Origin: Octopus sinensis
Taxonomy: Eukaryota
Length of the DNA: 64,000 nt
Direction of reading: 5' to 3'
NCBI RefSeq assembly: GCF_006345805.1
Contig: NC_042999.1
Coordinates: 2,666,001-2,730,000 of the forward strand
A model generated the notes under the pieces. It had not been told where the DNA came from and searched no databases. It saw nothing but the letters and a program-made list of their open reading frames with translations. Positions 1 to 10,663 of this stretch are shown here, piece after piece (position 1 is the first letter of the stretch; each line of letters begins with the position of its first letter). Position numbers and translations under genes: made by a program.

Positions 1-390
1 TTCTCGACAGTAGGTATCTTTGGACTTGCATATTTTCTAGTTCTTCACCGATTGTTACCCCATCATTCCAGTTTGTTCTGTCCTATCTACAAAAGATCTA
101 CATTGCAAAGGCCTCTATTTTTTATTCCATTCCTGTGAATTTTGCCCAAGTTTCTGCCCTGTAGAGGACAATTGTCATAACATAACAGTGTTATGTCTTT
201 TGAGGCAAAGATACTCTAACATTTTGTTTTTATAAATAAGTAATAATAATAAGAAAGAAATCAGAAGCCTTAATGGTCAATTCTAGTCAAAAATGGAGCG
301 GGAAAAAACTATGAAATCCAAATTTATTAAAAATTCAGATGAGGACATGCAGTGGGATTATTCTGATCTTTAGTAAGTTTGGTGACAACT

Positions 391-430
391 CTGGACATGT
401 TTCAGTCTTCTCAGTCCTCATCAGAAAAGA
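391..430 (-). ncRNA. Decayed minimal hammerhead ribozyme motif
   Basis: Minus strand reads CTGATGA-GGAC-TGAGAA-GACT-GAAA-CATG-TC; core intact, stems I and II mismatched. Confidence 0.45.
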
Positions 431-447
431 AATGTCTTTCTATTATT

Positions 448-661
448 CTTTTCTACTCTAGGCACGAGCGCTGATATTTTGAGGGAGGGGACCAGTCGAT
501 TAGATCGACCTCAGTATGCAACTAGTACTTAATTTATTAATCCCAAAAGTATGACAGGCAAAGTCAACTTTGGCAGAATTTGAACTCAGAATGTAAAGGC
601 AGATGAAATACCTCTAAACATTTCACCCGACGTGCTAACGTTTCTGCCAGCTTGCTGTCTT
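448..661 (-). mobile_element. tRNA-headed SINE, family E, with 17-bp target-site duplication
   Basis: Homologous to copies at 14838, 19270, 23520 and 32843; flanked by identical AATGTCTTTCTATTATT at 431-447 and 662-678. Confidence 0.85.
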
Positions 662-750
662 AATGTCTTTCTATTATTATGCAAGATCTTATATATTTAT
701 ATTGGTAAAGTATTTTGTGTATATTACTTAAGGTAGATGCATCGTTAAAA

Positions 751-893
751 GCCTGATAAATTGCAGCATTCATCTCAAATGCCACAACCACTGCTAGATG
801 AGTTTTGTCTGCTTCTGATATATTTATGCGTTTTTTAACACTATACGTCTATAACGGATGCCTTCTAGAGATGAATGCTGTAATTTGTCAGGC
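751..893. repeat. 26-bp inverted repeat (MITE-like or hairpin)
   Basis: 751-776 pairs with 868-893; the two mismatches are G.U pairs on the plus strand. Confidence 0.7.
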
Positions 894-1066
894 TATCTGT
901 TTTAAGTTTCATACACATATTGCTAGTTGGAACCAATACTGCTTCAGTCGCTTATAACAAATTTAAATGAACCAACCTTTTAATGTTCCTTCAACAACTG
1001 AAACTAAACATTTTCAACACTGAATTACTCAGTTATTAGTTTCCTAATTAAATATATCAGGATATG

Positions 1067-1295
1067 ATAAAGTTCCTTCCTGAGTTATATAGACTCATAA
1101 GAGCTGGTTTCATGGCATATCTATTCACCACCTGGATGGGACGCCAGTCTACCACAGGATAACTCATTTTTACCGGCTGACCAAACTGGAGCAATGCGAA
1201 ATGAAGTGTTTTGCTCAAGAACACAATACATCGTCCAATCCAGGAATTGAAATCACACTCTTACTATCATGAATTCAATGCCCTGACGACCATAT
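1067..1295 (-). mobile_element. SINE, family C head and CORE-like body with tail T4
   Basis: Reverse complement has GTTCTTGAGCAAAACACTTCATTTCGCATTGCTCCAG, as in copies at 15397 and 56031, followed by a different tail. Confidence 0.7.
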
Positions 1296-2309
1296 CAAGT
1301 ATATCGCTACCAACAAAAAATAAGTTATTCTCACCTGGAAAAAAAAAACGGGAAAAGATGTAAAAAGAAAAAAACAATAGCAAAATCTTATGGTATAGAA
1401 AATTATGAATATACCTAACAAATAAAAAACTCTGCAAAATTTATCTATTATTTTATTTTAAGTTTATTTAACTAATCGATTTACCAAATGTGTATTATAA
1501 TCTGGGTCACATGCAGATAATCAGATGGTTATTACAGGTAAAAATCTTTTCTGCTAAGTACAATGCTTTCCATTGTTAATGGTTGTACGTCTATGAAAAG
1601 ATCCATTATGTACTTTTAATATCTTTTATGCTCTAATTATACAACGAAGCCTTCTTCTATTGTAAAAGATCAGATATTAATGAAATGGAAGCAGAACCAC
1701 TCAGAAATTGTTTGTAGAGTAAATACACACAAAACAAATATATTAACATTCACACACTTGTACAAACAAATAGAGTCGCATTCACACAGTTGTACGTACA
1801 TACGGAGATTTGTTAACATTAATGCAATTATACACACACGTACAGTAATTTGTAAACATCCACTCGCCTATACTCATACGCAAATATATTAACATTGACA
1901 CACACACAGAAACACACACATATACACACTCGCACATATACACCAATGTGTTTATGTTCGCGCAATTATAGACGCAAGACGAACATGCGCGTTTATCTTC
2001 GTTGATCTTACTCTGGTTTTAGTTTTCATATATTAATGTCCACATAATACGCATACAAGCACACACATACAAGCAAATGCATCTACATACAGTTATATAG
2101 ACATTCACATATTTATACATAAGAGTGACAGTTGTGTTTCTCAGTCACAGATTCAGAGGCAACAAACAACAATATCAGCATTCACCCATTTATAAGCATT
2201 AAGACAAACGCATCTATTCATCTCTAACCATCTGATTGTTGACAGTCTTAGCCTTTTTGATTTGTAATTATTTCAGTCCTGCTGTTTGCTGTTATTCTTG
2301 ATGCCATTG

Positions 2310-2855
2310 TTGATGAGGATAATGATGATGAGGAGGAGGAAGCGGAGGAGGATTATGATGATGATGTTGATGATGACAAGGTTGAAGAGGATGATGATGA
2401 TGAGGATGATAATGATGATGAGGATGATAAGGGTGATAAGGATGATAAGGGTGATGATGATGAGGAGGAAGAGGAGGAGGATTATGATGATGATGTTGAT
2501 GATGACAAAGTAGAAGGGGATGAGAATGATGAGGATAAGGATGATGAGGATGAGGATGATAAGAGTGATGAGGATGATAAGGGTGATGAGAATGATGAGG
2601 ATGAGGGTGATGATGATGAAGATAAGGATGATGATGAGGATGATAAGGGTGATGAGGATGATGAGGATGAGGGTGATGATGATGAAGATAAGGATGATGA
2701 GGATGAGGATGATAAGGGTGATGATGATGAGGGTGGTGATGATGAAAATAAGAATGATGAGGATGATGAGGTTGATGATGAAGAGGAGGGTGGTGGTGGT
2801 GATGATGAGGAGGAGGATGACGATGATGATGATGATAAGGAGGAAGAGGAGGATT
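2310..2855 (+). repeat. Compound (GAT/GAG) trinucleotide low-complexity tract
   Basis: Triplet phase unbroken, with internal duplicated blocks; explains the Ile/Met-rich ORFs. Confidence 0.9.
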
Positions 2856-2992
2856 TTTAACTTGAATTGCTTGGCTTTTAACAGATGAAATAAATCTTTG
2901 TCTCTACTAAAACTTTGCCAGCTCACACATTTTTATTTTGGTTTTTTTTCGTATTTTTCATTTATTACTCAGTTATTCAGTTTGTCATTTTG

Positions 2993-3134
2993 TTGTTGGC
3001 ATTAGGAAGGGCATCCAGCCGTTGAAAAGCATGCCAAATCTGACTGGAGTCTGGTGCAGCCTTCTAGCATGCCAGACCTTGTCAAATCATCCAATCCATG
3101 CCAGCATGGACAACAGACATTAAATGATGATGAT
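2993..3134 (+). mobile_element. RTE LINE 3' end fragment
   Basis: GTTGGCATTAGGAAGGGCATCCAG...CCATGCCAGCATGGA...ATGATGATG, same terminus as the LINE at 5888. Confidence 0.8.
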
Positions 3135-3147
3135 ATATATATTATAT

Positions 3148-3770
3148 GCATAGAGGGTGTCCCAAAAATCATTGCAACACCCCTACGTTACATATGAAAA
3201 ATGACATCGTTTAAATGGCAGCAATTTTCAGCTTCACACACGTGTGCTCTTTCCAAAACTTGCACCATAATACCCTCATGAGTTTCAGACCCCGCTTCCC
3301 TGATTTCTCTATTGATGTTCTCCTTCAGTTGCACTAGGGTCTCCAGTTTGTTGATGTAAACTCTCTCTTTCAAATATCCCTTCTCTCTCTTTCGGAGCAC
3401 TGAGCACCTTCACGCACACATACACACAGGGCAGTAACTTCCGCCTACCGAATACAATCACAAAGCTTCGGTCGACTCAGGGCTATAGCGGAAGACACCT
3501 ACGCAAAGTGCCACGCAGTGGGACTGAACCCGAAACCATGTAGCTAGGAAGCAAGCTCCCTAACCACACAGCCATGCCCGCACCTACTCATGCCTACACC
3601 TACCCCACAAGAAAAAATCTGGGTTAGTCAAGTTTGGGGAATGTAAAGACCAGTTGACTTTACCATAGCAGGGGATTATTCTCTCTCCAACGCTCTGCTG
3701 TAGCAACTGCATTGTTTCTCTTGCAGTATGAGCAGTTGCCCATCTTGCTGGAACCATGTGTGAGGTCTAC
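3148..3770 (-). mobile_element. Tc1/mariner transposase relic (C-terminal DDE region plus TIR), split by a SINE
   Basis: WFQQDG..TA..ETMQLL and SPNLTNPDFFLWG at about 3605-3770; GYLKERVYINK..HLNDVIF at 3188-3400; GAGGGTGTCCCAAAA TIR-like end near 3157. Confidence 0.75.
3412..3590 (-). mobile_element. SINE family D, 5' half
   Basis: Reverse complement of the GGCTGTGTGGT...GGTTCAGTCCCACTGCG head shared with many copies. Confidence 0.8.
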
Positions 3771-3890
3771 TTTGAATGGCCTTCATGCTCCCCAGACTTG
3801 AATAGCCAGGATTTTTCTTGTGGGGATACCTGAAAGAGAGGGTTTACGTTGACAAACTGGAGACCCTGGTGCAACTGAAGGAGAACAGGA
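3770..3890 (+). mobile_element. Second, inverted Tc1/mariner transposase fragment
   Basis: Reads EWPSCSPDLNSQDFFLWGYLKERVYVDKLETLVQLKEN. Confidence 0.75.
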
Positions 3891-4279
3891 AAGATCTTTC
3901 AAGGTGGTGCTCCAGCATGGCCATAGTCAAATGACTGAAACAAGTACAAGACAAAAGATAAAAGACACACTTACACATACACATCCCTCTTTTCATCCCT
4001 CTATTGTAGTAAAAGTTTGGTATATACTCAAAAGTATTCAAAAAACTTTTCATTCTTTTGTTATGATATTCTTCTTAATAATCTTCTGAATAACCCTAAA
4101 TTTTAACTTTATACAATAGAGCAATATTGTTTAAAATATTTAACTATAGTACTACATGATAAGATTTCCCCTGTTTCATTATCAATGGTCTGCTAGTGGC
4201 TGGCCCCCTTAATTGTCAGCTAGCATCTTGATTTAAGTTTTCCTTTACCAAATCTCATGATATTGCTTCTAATAATTCT

Positions 4280-4400
4280 TAATAATAATAATAATAATAA
4301 AAACATTGTGTACAGTGCTCAGGTGCACTACAACTCATCTAAAGTGTATGTATAATCAGGTGTAGTTTCGGTGGATTTCGGAAAGCATGAGGGCCTTAAT
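4280..4400 (-). mobile_element. Possible CR1/L2-type LINE 3' end with (ATT)n tail
   Basis: GATGAGTTGTAGTGCACCTGAGCACTGTACACA followed by (ATT)n on minus; family assignment from recall only. Confidence 0.35.
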
Positions 4401-4906
4401 ATGACTATACTCACTATGATTTCTGTCAACTCCCTCAGCCCTATCCCTAACAGACACTACTCCTTGTTCTTTCGGCCTTAGATATACTAAGATTTGATAA
4501 AACTAGTCTATAAATTAAAACTGGACCCATAAAACAGTGACAGGCAAAATCTGTAACAAGTCTTTCTTCCTGATACCTTAGTAGCTTCTAAGCTGAAGTG
4601 AAGGCAGCATGTTCTTTGTCTATCTCCTTAACTTCTTGGAGATTTTAGGTAAAATTTTACTAATGTGTCCATCTGTTTTAATTTAATTAAATTCTATTTC
4701 TTTATGCAGCTGAGGATTGCTCTGCATTAAAATTGATGTAATGGTTGCATTGTTCAATTAAATAGAGTTGCTTATCCTTTTTGCTTATTTTGATTTTTAT
4801 CACCTTATTTTGAAATTGTATGGATAATACTGTACTAAATTCTGGTGCCTCAACTTAAGTAACATATTCATTTGAATCTAAATTTTACATACATACATAT
4901 ATATAT

Positions 4907-5289
4907 GGGATGGAAGCACTCCGTCAGTTACGACGACGAGGGTTCCGGTTGATCCGAATCAACGGAACAGCCTGCTCGTGAAATTAACGTGTAAGTGGCT
5001 GAGCACTCCACAGACACTTGTACCCTTAATGTAGTTCTCGGGGATATTCAGCGTGACACAGGGAGTGACAAGGCCGGCCCTTTGAAATACAGGTACAACA
5101 GAAACAGGAAGTAAGAGTGAGAGAAAGTTGTGGTGAAAGAGGCAGGGATCACCACCATCCCGTGCTGGAGCCTCGTGGAGCTTTAGGTGTTTTCGCTCAA
5201 TAAACACTCACAATGCCCGGTCTGGGAGTCGAAACCGCGATCCTATGACCGCGAGTCTGCTGTCCTAACCACTGGGCCATTGCGCCTCC
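4907..5289 (-). mobile_element. Full-length SINE, head B with tail T1
   Basis: A box TGGCCCAGTGG and B box GTTTCGACTCCC on minus; tail shared with 56031 and 34475; (TA)n on both sides. Confidence 0.9.
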
Positions 5290-5302
5290 ACATATATATA
5301 TA

Positions 5303-5538
5303 CAGGGTGACCCAAAAGTAGATTTACAGTTATTCAACCATCTCTTTTCGCATTCATATATTAACAGTTTAGATTTTAATAATAACAAAATATAAAAACA
5401 TTATTCTATGCTAATTTAGTTAATTTTATCAAGCTCCCTTTTCAGTTGGCAAGAAAGAAATTAAAATGTGATAAAATGTTTTAAAAGAAATTTAAAAAGC
5501 CTGCGTGATAACCGTACACCTACTTTTAGGCCACCCTG
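5303..5538. mobile_element. Tc1-type MITE
   Basis: About 31-bp TIRs starting CAGGGTG(A/G)CC(C/T)AAAAGTAG, flanked by TA on both sides. Confidence 0.85.
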
Positions 5539-5557
5539 TATATGTAAATATATAGAT

Positions 5558-5772
5558 ACACAGTGGTGCTGAAAAGTTCCTGGTTTTGGGTAAAAGAAAA
5601 TCCAGGGGGATCAGTTAATTATGATTTTATTCAACTTATTCCCCTCTCAGATTCACACACTTATTGCAGCGATTCTTCAATTTTTCTAAGCCCGGTAAAA
5701 GAAGTCGGAAGGTTAGGCCTCCACCCAAGCCTTTTGTGATATCCTTAAAACCAGAAAGTTTTCAGCACTCCC

Positions 5773-5779
<7 letters not shown>
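5558..5779. mobile_element. Mariner-type MITE
   Basis: TIRs GTGCTGAAAAGTTCCTGGTTTT / AAAACCAGAAAGTTTTCAGCAC; second copy at 20192-20407. Confidence 0.75.
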
Positions 5780-5813
<34 letters not shown>

Positions 5814-6060
5814 TGAACACTTGGTGAAATTGATTAATTAATTTTACCCTCAATTGTTGATATATATGTATATATATATATATACATATCATCATCATCA
5901 TCATCATCATCGTTTAGCGTCCGTTTTCCATGCTAGCATGGGTTGGACGGGTCAACTGGGGTCTGTGAAGCTGGAAGGCTTTGTCAGGCCCAGTCAGATC
6001 TGGCAGTGTTTCTACGGCTGGATGCCCTTCCTAACGCCAACCACTCCGCGAGTGTAGTGG

Positions 6061-8810
6061 GTGTTTTTTACGTGCCACCTGCACAGGTGCCAGACAGAGC
6101 TAGCGAACGGCCATGAACGGATGGTGCTTTTACGTGTCACCGGCACGGGGCCAGGCGATGCTGGCAACGGACACGAACGGATGGTGCTTTTACGTGCCAC
6201 CGACACGGGGCCAGACAGAGCTGGCAACCGGCCACGAACGGACGGTGCTTTTACATGTCACCGGCACGGGGGCCAGCCAAGGCTGGCAACGGACGCGAAC
6301 GGATGGTGCTTTTACGTGTCACCGACACGGTTGCCAGACAGAGCTGGCAAACGGCCACGAGCTGACGGTGCTTTTATGTGTCACCGGCACGGGGGCCAGC
6401 CGAGGCTGGCAACCAACACGGACGGATGGTGCTTTTACGTGCCACCGACACGGGGCCAGACAGAGCTGGCAAACGGCCACGAACGGATGGTGCTTTTACG
6501 TGTCACCGGCACGGAGGCCAGCCGGGGCTGGCAACGGACGCGAACGGATGGTGCTTTTACGTGCCACCGACACGGTTGCCAGACAGAGCTGGCAAACGGC
6601 CACGAGCGGACGGTGCTTTTACGTGTCACCGGCACGGGGGCCAGCCGGGGCTGGCAAATGACACGGACGGATGGTGCTTTTACGTGCCACCGACACGGGG
6701 CCAGAGAGAGCTGGCAAACGGCCACGAACGGATGGTGCTTTTACGTGTCACCGGCACGGGGGCCAGCCGAGGCTGGCAACGGATGCGAACGGATGGTGCT
6801 TTTACGTGCCACCGACACGGTTGCCAGACAGAGCTGGCAAACGGCCACGAGCGGACGGTGCTTTTACGTGTCACCGGCACGGGGGCCAGCCGAGGCTGGC
6901 AACGGACACGGACGGATGGTGCTTTTACGTGCCACCGACACGGGGCCAGACAGAGCTGGCAAACGGCCACGAACGGATGGTGCTTTTATGTGCCACCGAC
7001 ACGGTTGCCAGACAGAGCTGGCAAACGGCCACGAGCTGACGGTGCTTTTACGTGTCACCGGCACGGGGGCCAGCCGAGGCTAGCAACCAACACGGACGGA
7101 TGGTGCTTTTACGTGCCACCGACACGGGGCCAGACAGAGCTGGCAAACGGCCATGAACGGATGGTGCTTTTACGTGTCACCAGCACGGGGGCCAGCCGAG
7201 GCTGGCAACGGACGCGAACGGATGGTGCTTTTACGTGCCACCGACACAGCTGCCAGACAGAGCTGGCAAACGGCCACGAGCGGAAAGTGCTTTTACGTGT
7301 CACCGGCACGGGGGCCAGCCGAGGCTGGCAACTGACACGGACGGATGGTGCTTTTACGTGCCACCGACACGGGGCCAGACAGAGCTGGCAAACGGCCACG
7401 AGCTGACGGTGCTTTTATGTGTCACCGGCACGGGGGCCAGCCGACGCTGGCAACCAACACGGACGGATGGTGCTTTTACGTGCCACCGACACGGGGCCAG
7501 ACAGAGCTGGCAAACGGCCACGAATGGATGGTGCTTTTACGTGTCACCGGCACGGAGGCCAGCCGGGGCTGGCAACGGACGCGAACGGATGGTGCTTTTA
7601 CGTGCCACCGACACGGTTGCCAGACAGAGCTGGCAAACGGCCACGAGCGGACGGTGCTTTTACGTGTCACCGGCACGGGGGCCAGCCGAGGCTGGCAACT
7701 GACACGGACGGATGGTGCTTTTACGTGCCACCGACACGGGGCCAGACAGAGCTGGCAAACGGCCACGAACGGATGGTGCTTTTACGTGTCACCGGCACGG
7801 GGGCCAGCCGAGGCTGGCAACGGATGCGAACGGATGGTGCTTTTACGTGCCACCGACACGGTTGCCAGACAGAGCTGGCAAACGGCCACGAGCGTACGGG
7901 TGCTTTTACGTGTCACCGGCACGGGGGCCAGCCGAGGCTGGCAACGGACACGGACGGATGGTGCTTTTACGTGCCACGACACGGGGCCAGACAGAGCTGC
8001 AAACGGCACGAACGGATGGTGCTTTTACGTGCCACCGAACGGTTGCCAGACAGAGCTGGCAAACGGCACGAGCTGACGGTGCTTTTACGTGTCACCGGCA
8101 CGGGGGCCAGCCGAGGCTGGCAACCAACACGGACGGATGGTGCTTTTACGTGCCACCGACAACGGGGCCAGACAGAGCTGGCAAACGGCCATGAACGGAT
8201 GGTGCTTTTACGTGTCACCAGCACGGGGGCCAGCCGAGGCTGGCAACGGACGCGAACGGATGGTGCTTTTACGTGCCACCGACACGGGGCCAGACAGAGC
8301 TGGCAAACGGCCATGAACGGATGGTGCTTTTACGTGTCACCGGCACGGGGGCCAGCCGAGGCTGGCAACGGATGCGAACGGATGGTGCTTTTACGTGCCA
8401 CCGACACGGTTGCCAGACAGAGCTGGCAAACGGCCACGAGCGGACGGTGCTTTTACATGTCACCGGCACGGGGCCAGGCGAGGCTGGCAACGAACACGAA
8501 CGGATGGTGCTTTTACGTGCCACCGACACGGGGCCAGACAGAGCTGGCAAACGGCCACGAACGGATGGTGCTTTTACGTGCCACCGACACGGGGCCAGAC
8601 AGAGCTGGCAAACGGCCACGAACGGACGGTGCTTTTACGTGTCACAGCACGGGCCAGGCGAGGCTGGCAACGAACACGAACGGATGGTGCTTTTACGTGC
8701 CACCGACACGGGGCCAGGCAGAGCTGGCAAACGGCCATGAGCGAATGGTGCTTTAACGTATCACCGGCACGGGTGCCAGACGAGGCTGACAGCGGACACG
8801 AACAGATGGG
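6061..8810 (-). repeat. Higher-order tandem array of about 45 units of 61/62 bp within the LINE 3' UTR
   Basis: Alternating A (GCCAGACAGAGCTGGC) and B (GCCAGCCGAGGCTGGC) units; 61+61+62+61 = 245-bp period, matching the 245-bp offset of ORFs 6435 and 6680. Confidence 0.95.
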
Positions 8811-8856
8811 TCACTTAACACCTGCTTTCTGATATATGATTTGATTTTGATTGTTC

Positions 8857-10587
8857 TCACTGGTCTTGCCGGGTCTTCTCACGCACAGCATACTTCCATA
8901 GGTCTCGGTCTCTGGTCATTTCCTTGGTGAGACCTAGAGTTCGAAGGTCGTGCTTCACCACCTCGACCCAGGTTTTCCTAGGTCTACCTCTTCCACAGGT
9001 CCCCTCAACTGCCAGGGTGTGGCACTTTTTCACACACCTATCTTCATCCATTCTCACCACATGACCATACCAGCGCAATCGTCTCTCTTGCACACAACAT
9101 CTGATGCCTCTTAGGTCCAACTTTTCTCTCAAGGTACTTACACTCTGTCGACTATGAACACTGACATTACACATCCAACGGAGCATACTAGCTTCATTTC
9201 TCGCGAGCTTACGCATGTCCTCAGCAGTCACGGCCCATGTTTCACTGCCATGTAGCATGGCTGTTCGTACACATGCATCATACAGTCTGCCTTTTACTCT
9301 GAGCGAGAGGCCTTTAGTCACCAACAGAGGTAAGAGCTCCCTAAACTTTGCCCAGGCTATTCTTACTCTAGCCGTTACACTTTCAGCACACCCACCCCCA
9401 CTACTGACTTGGTCACCAAGATAACGGAAGCTATCAACTACTTCTAGTTTTTCCCCCTGGAAAGTGACGGAAGTTGTTTTCTGCAGATTTTCAGAGGTTA
9501 ATGCTCCCGAGCATCTGCCACATACAAAAACCATCTTCCTAGTTAGCCTTCCTATGACATTGCTGCACCTCTTATGTGTCCATAGCTTACACTTAGTGCA
9601 CTTTATAGAGTTTCTACCTACACCTTTTCTACAGATCAAGCAGGGCCATCTACCTGAAGGCGTTTGTGATTTGTCTACCTTCCTACTTATTAGGACTTTG
9701 GTTTTAGCTAGGTTGACTCTAAGGCCCTTCGATTCTAAACCATGCTTCCACACCTGAAACTTCTTCTCCAGTTCTGATAATGACTCAGCAATTAGAGCAA
9801 GGTCATCAGCATAGAGGAGCTCCCAGGGGCATCCTGTCTTGAATTCCTCCGTTATTGCCTGGAGGACTATGATAAATAGGAGGGGGCTGAGGACTGAGCC
9901 TTGGTGGACCCCTACCTCTACCCGGAATTCTTCACTGTACTCATTTCCAACCCTCACCTTACTAGCAGCGTCCCTGTACATGGCTTGCACAGCTCTCACT
10001 AACCATTCTTCTATTCCTAGTTTCCTCATTGACCACCATATGAGGGATCGGGGGACCCTGTCGAAGGCTTTCTCCATGTCAACAAAAGCCAGGTACAGGG
10101 CCTTATCTTTGGCTAGGTATTTCTCCTGCAGCTGCCTTACCAGGAATATAGCATCAGTGGTACTTTTCCCTGGCACGAAACCAAACTGCATCTCGTCTAA
10201 ACTAACTCTCTCTCTAATTAGTTGGCTTATGACCCTCTCCGTAACCTTCATCACCTGATCCAACAGCTTGATACCTCTGTAATTATTTGTATCTAGGGCA
10301 TCACCTTTACCTTTGTAGCAGTTGACTATTATGCTGCTACACCAGTCATTGGGTATGACTCCTTCATGTATCACCTGATTAACTATACAGGTGACTAGGC
10401 TATAGCCGACACTACCAGATATTTTGAGCATCTCTGCAGTGATACCTGATGGGCCTGGGGCTTTCCCTGTCTTCATGCTTCTAATTGCCTTAGCTACTAA
10501 GGAACTATCAACCCTGATAGCTGGTCCCTCTGTTGGGTCAACGTTCGGCAGACTCTCTTTATCCCATTCATTTTCTTTATTCAGCAA
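8857..10587 (-). CDS. Non-LTR retrotransposon reverse transcriptase (RTE-like), N-terminally truncated, with PHD-like Cys/His finger
   Basis: 576 open codons: GKAPGPSG, NYRGIKLL, QFGF.PG.STTDAIF, DMEKAFD, GVHQGSVLSP, LLYADD, FRYLG, RLRWYGHV.R, GRGRPRKTW. Frame stays open to about 10620; no endonuclease domain present. Confidence 0.92.
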   Translation of the reverse strand: MLNKENEWDKESLPNVDPTEGPAIRVDSSLVAKAIRSMKTGKAPGPSGITAEMLKISGSVGYSLVTCIVNQVIHEGVIPNDWCSSIIVNCYKGKGDALDTNNYRGIKLLDQVMKVTERVISQLIRERVSLDEMQFGFVPGKSTTDAIFLVRQLQEKYLAKDKALYLAFVDMEKAFDRVPRSLIWWSMRKLGIEEWLVRAVQAMYRDAASKVRVGNEYSEEFRVEVGVHQGSVLSPLLFIIVLQAITEEFKTGCPWELLYADDLALIAESLSELEKKFQVWKHGLESKGLRVNLAKTKVLISRKVDKSQTPSGRWPCLICRKGVGRNSIKCTKCKLWTHKRCSNVIGRLTRKMVFVCGRCSGALTSENLQKTTSVTFQGEKLEVVDSFRYLGDQVSSGGGCAESVTARVRIAWAKFRELLPLLVTKGLSLRVKGRLYDACVRTAMLHGSETWAVTAEDMRKLARNEASMLRWMCNVSVHSRQSVSTLREKLDLRGIRCCVQERRLRWYGHVVRMDEDRCVKKCHTLAVEGTCGRGRPRKTWVEVVKHDLRTLGLTKEMTRDRDLWKYAVREKTRQDQ

Positions 10588-10618
10588 CCTTTCATAGTGG
10601 CGTCTCCAAGCCTCTCTC

Positions 10619-10662
<44 letters not shown>

Positions 10663-10663
<1 letters not shown>

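Larger units (their letters stand above)
5888..10620 (-). mobile_element. 5'-truncated RTE-type LINE with long 3' UTR and (GAT)n tail
   Basis: RT ORF, then 3' UTR containing a tandem array, the conserved family terminus and a (GAT)n tail; (TA)n at both junctions. Confidence 0.9.

Noticed and set aside
6061-8832. Long ORFs (up to 445 aa) on both strands of the array
   Set aside because: Products of a GC-rich tandem repeat read through shifting frames; no start context or domain.
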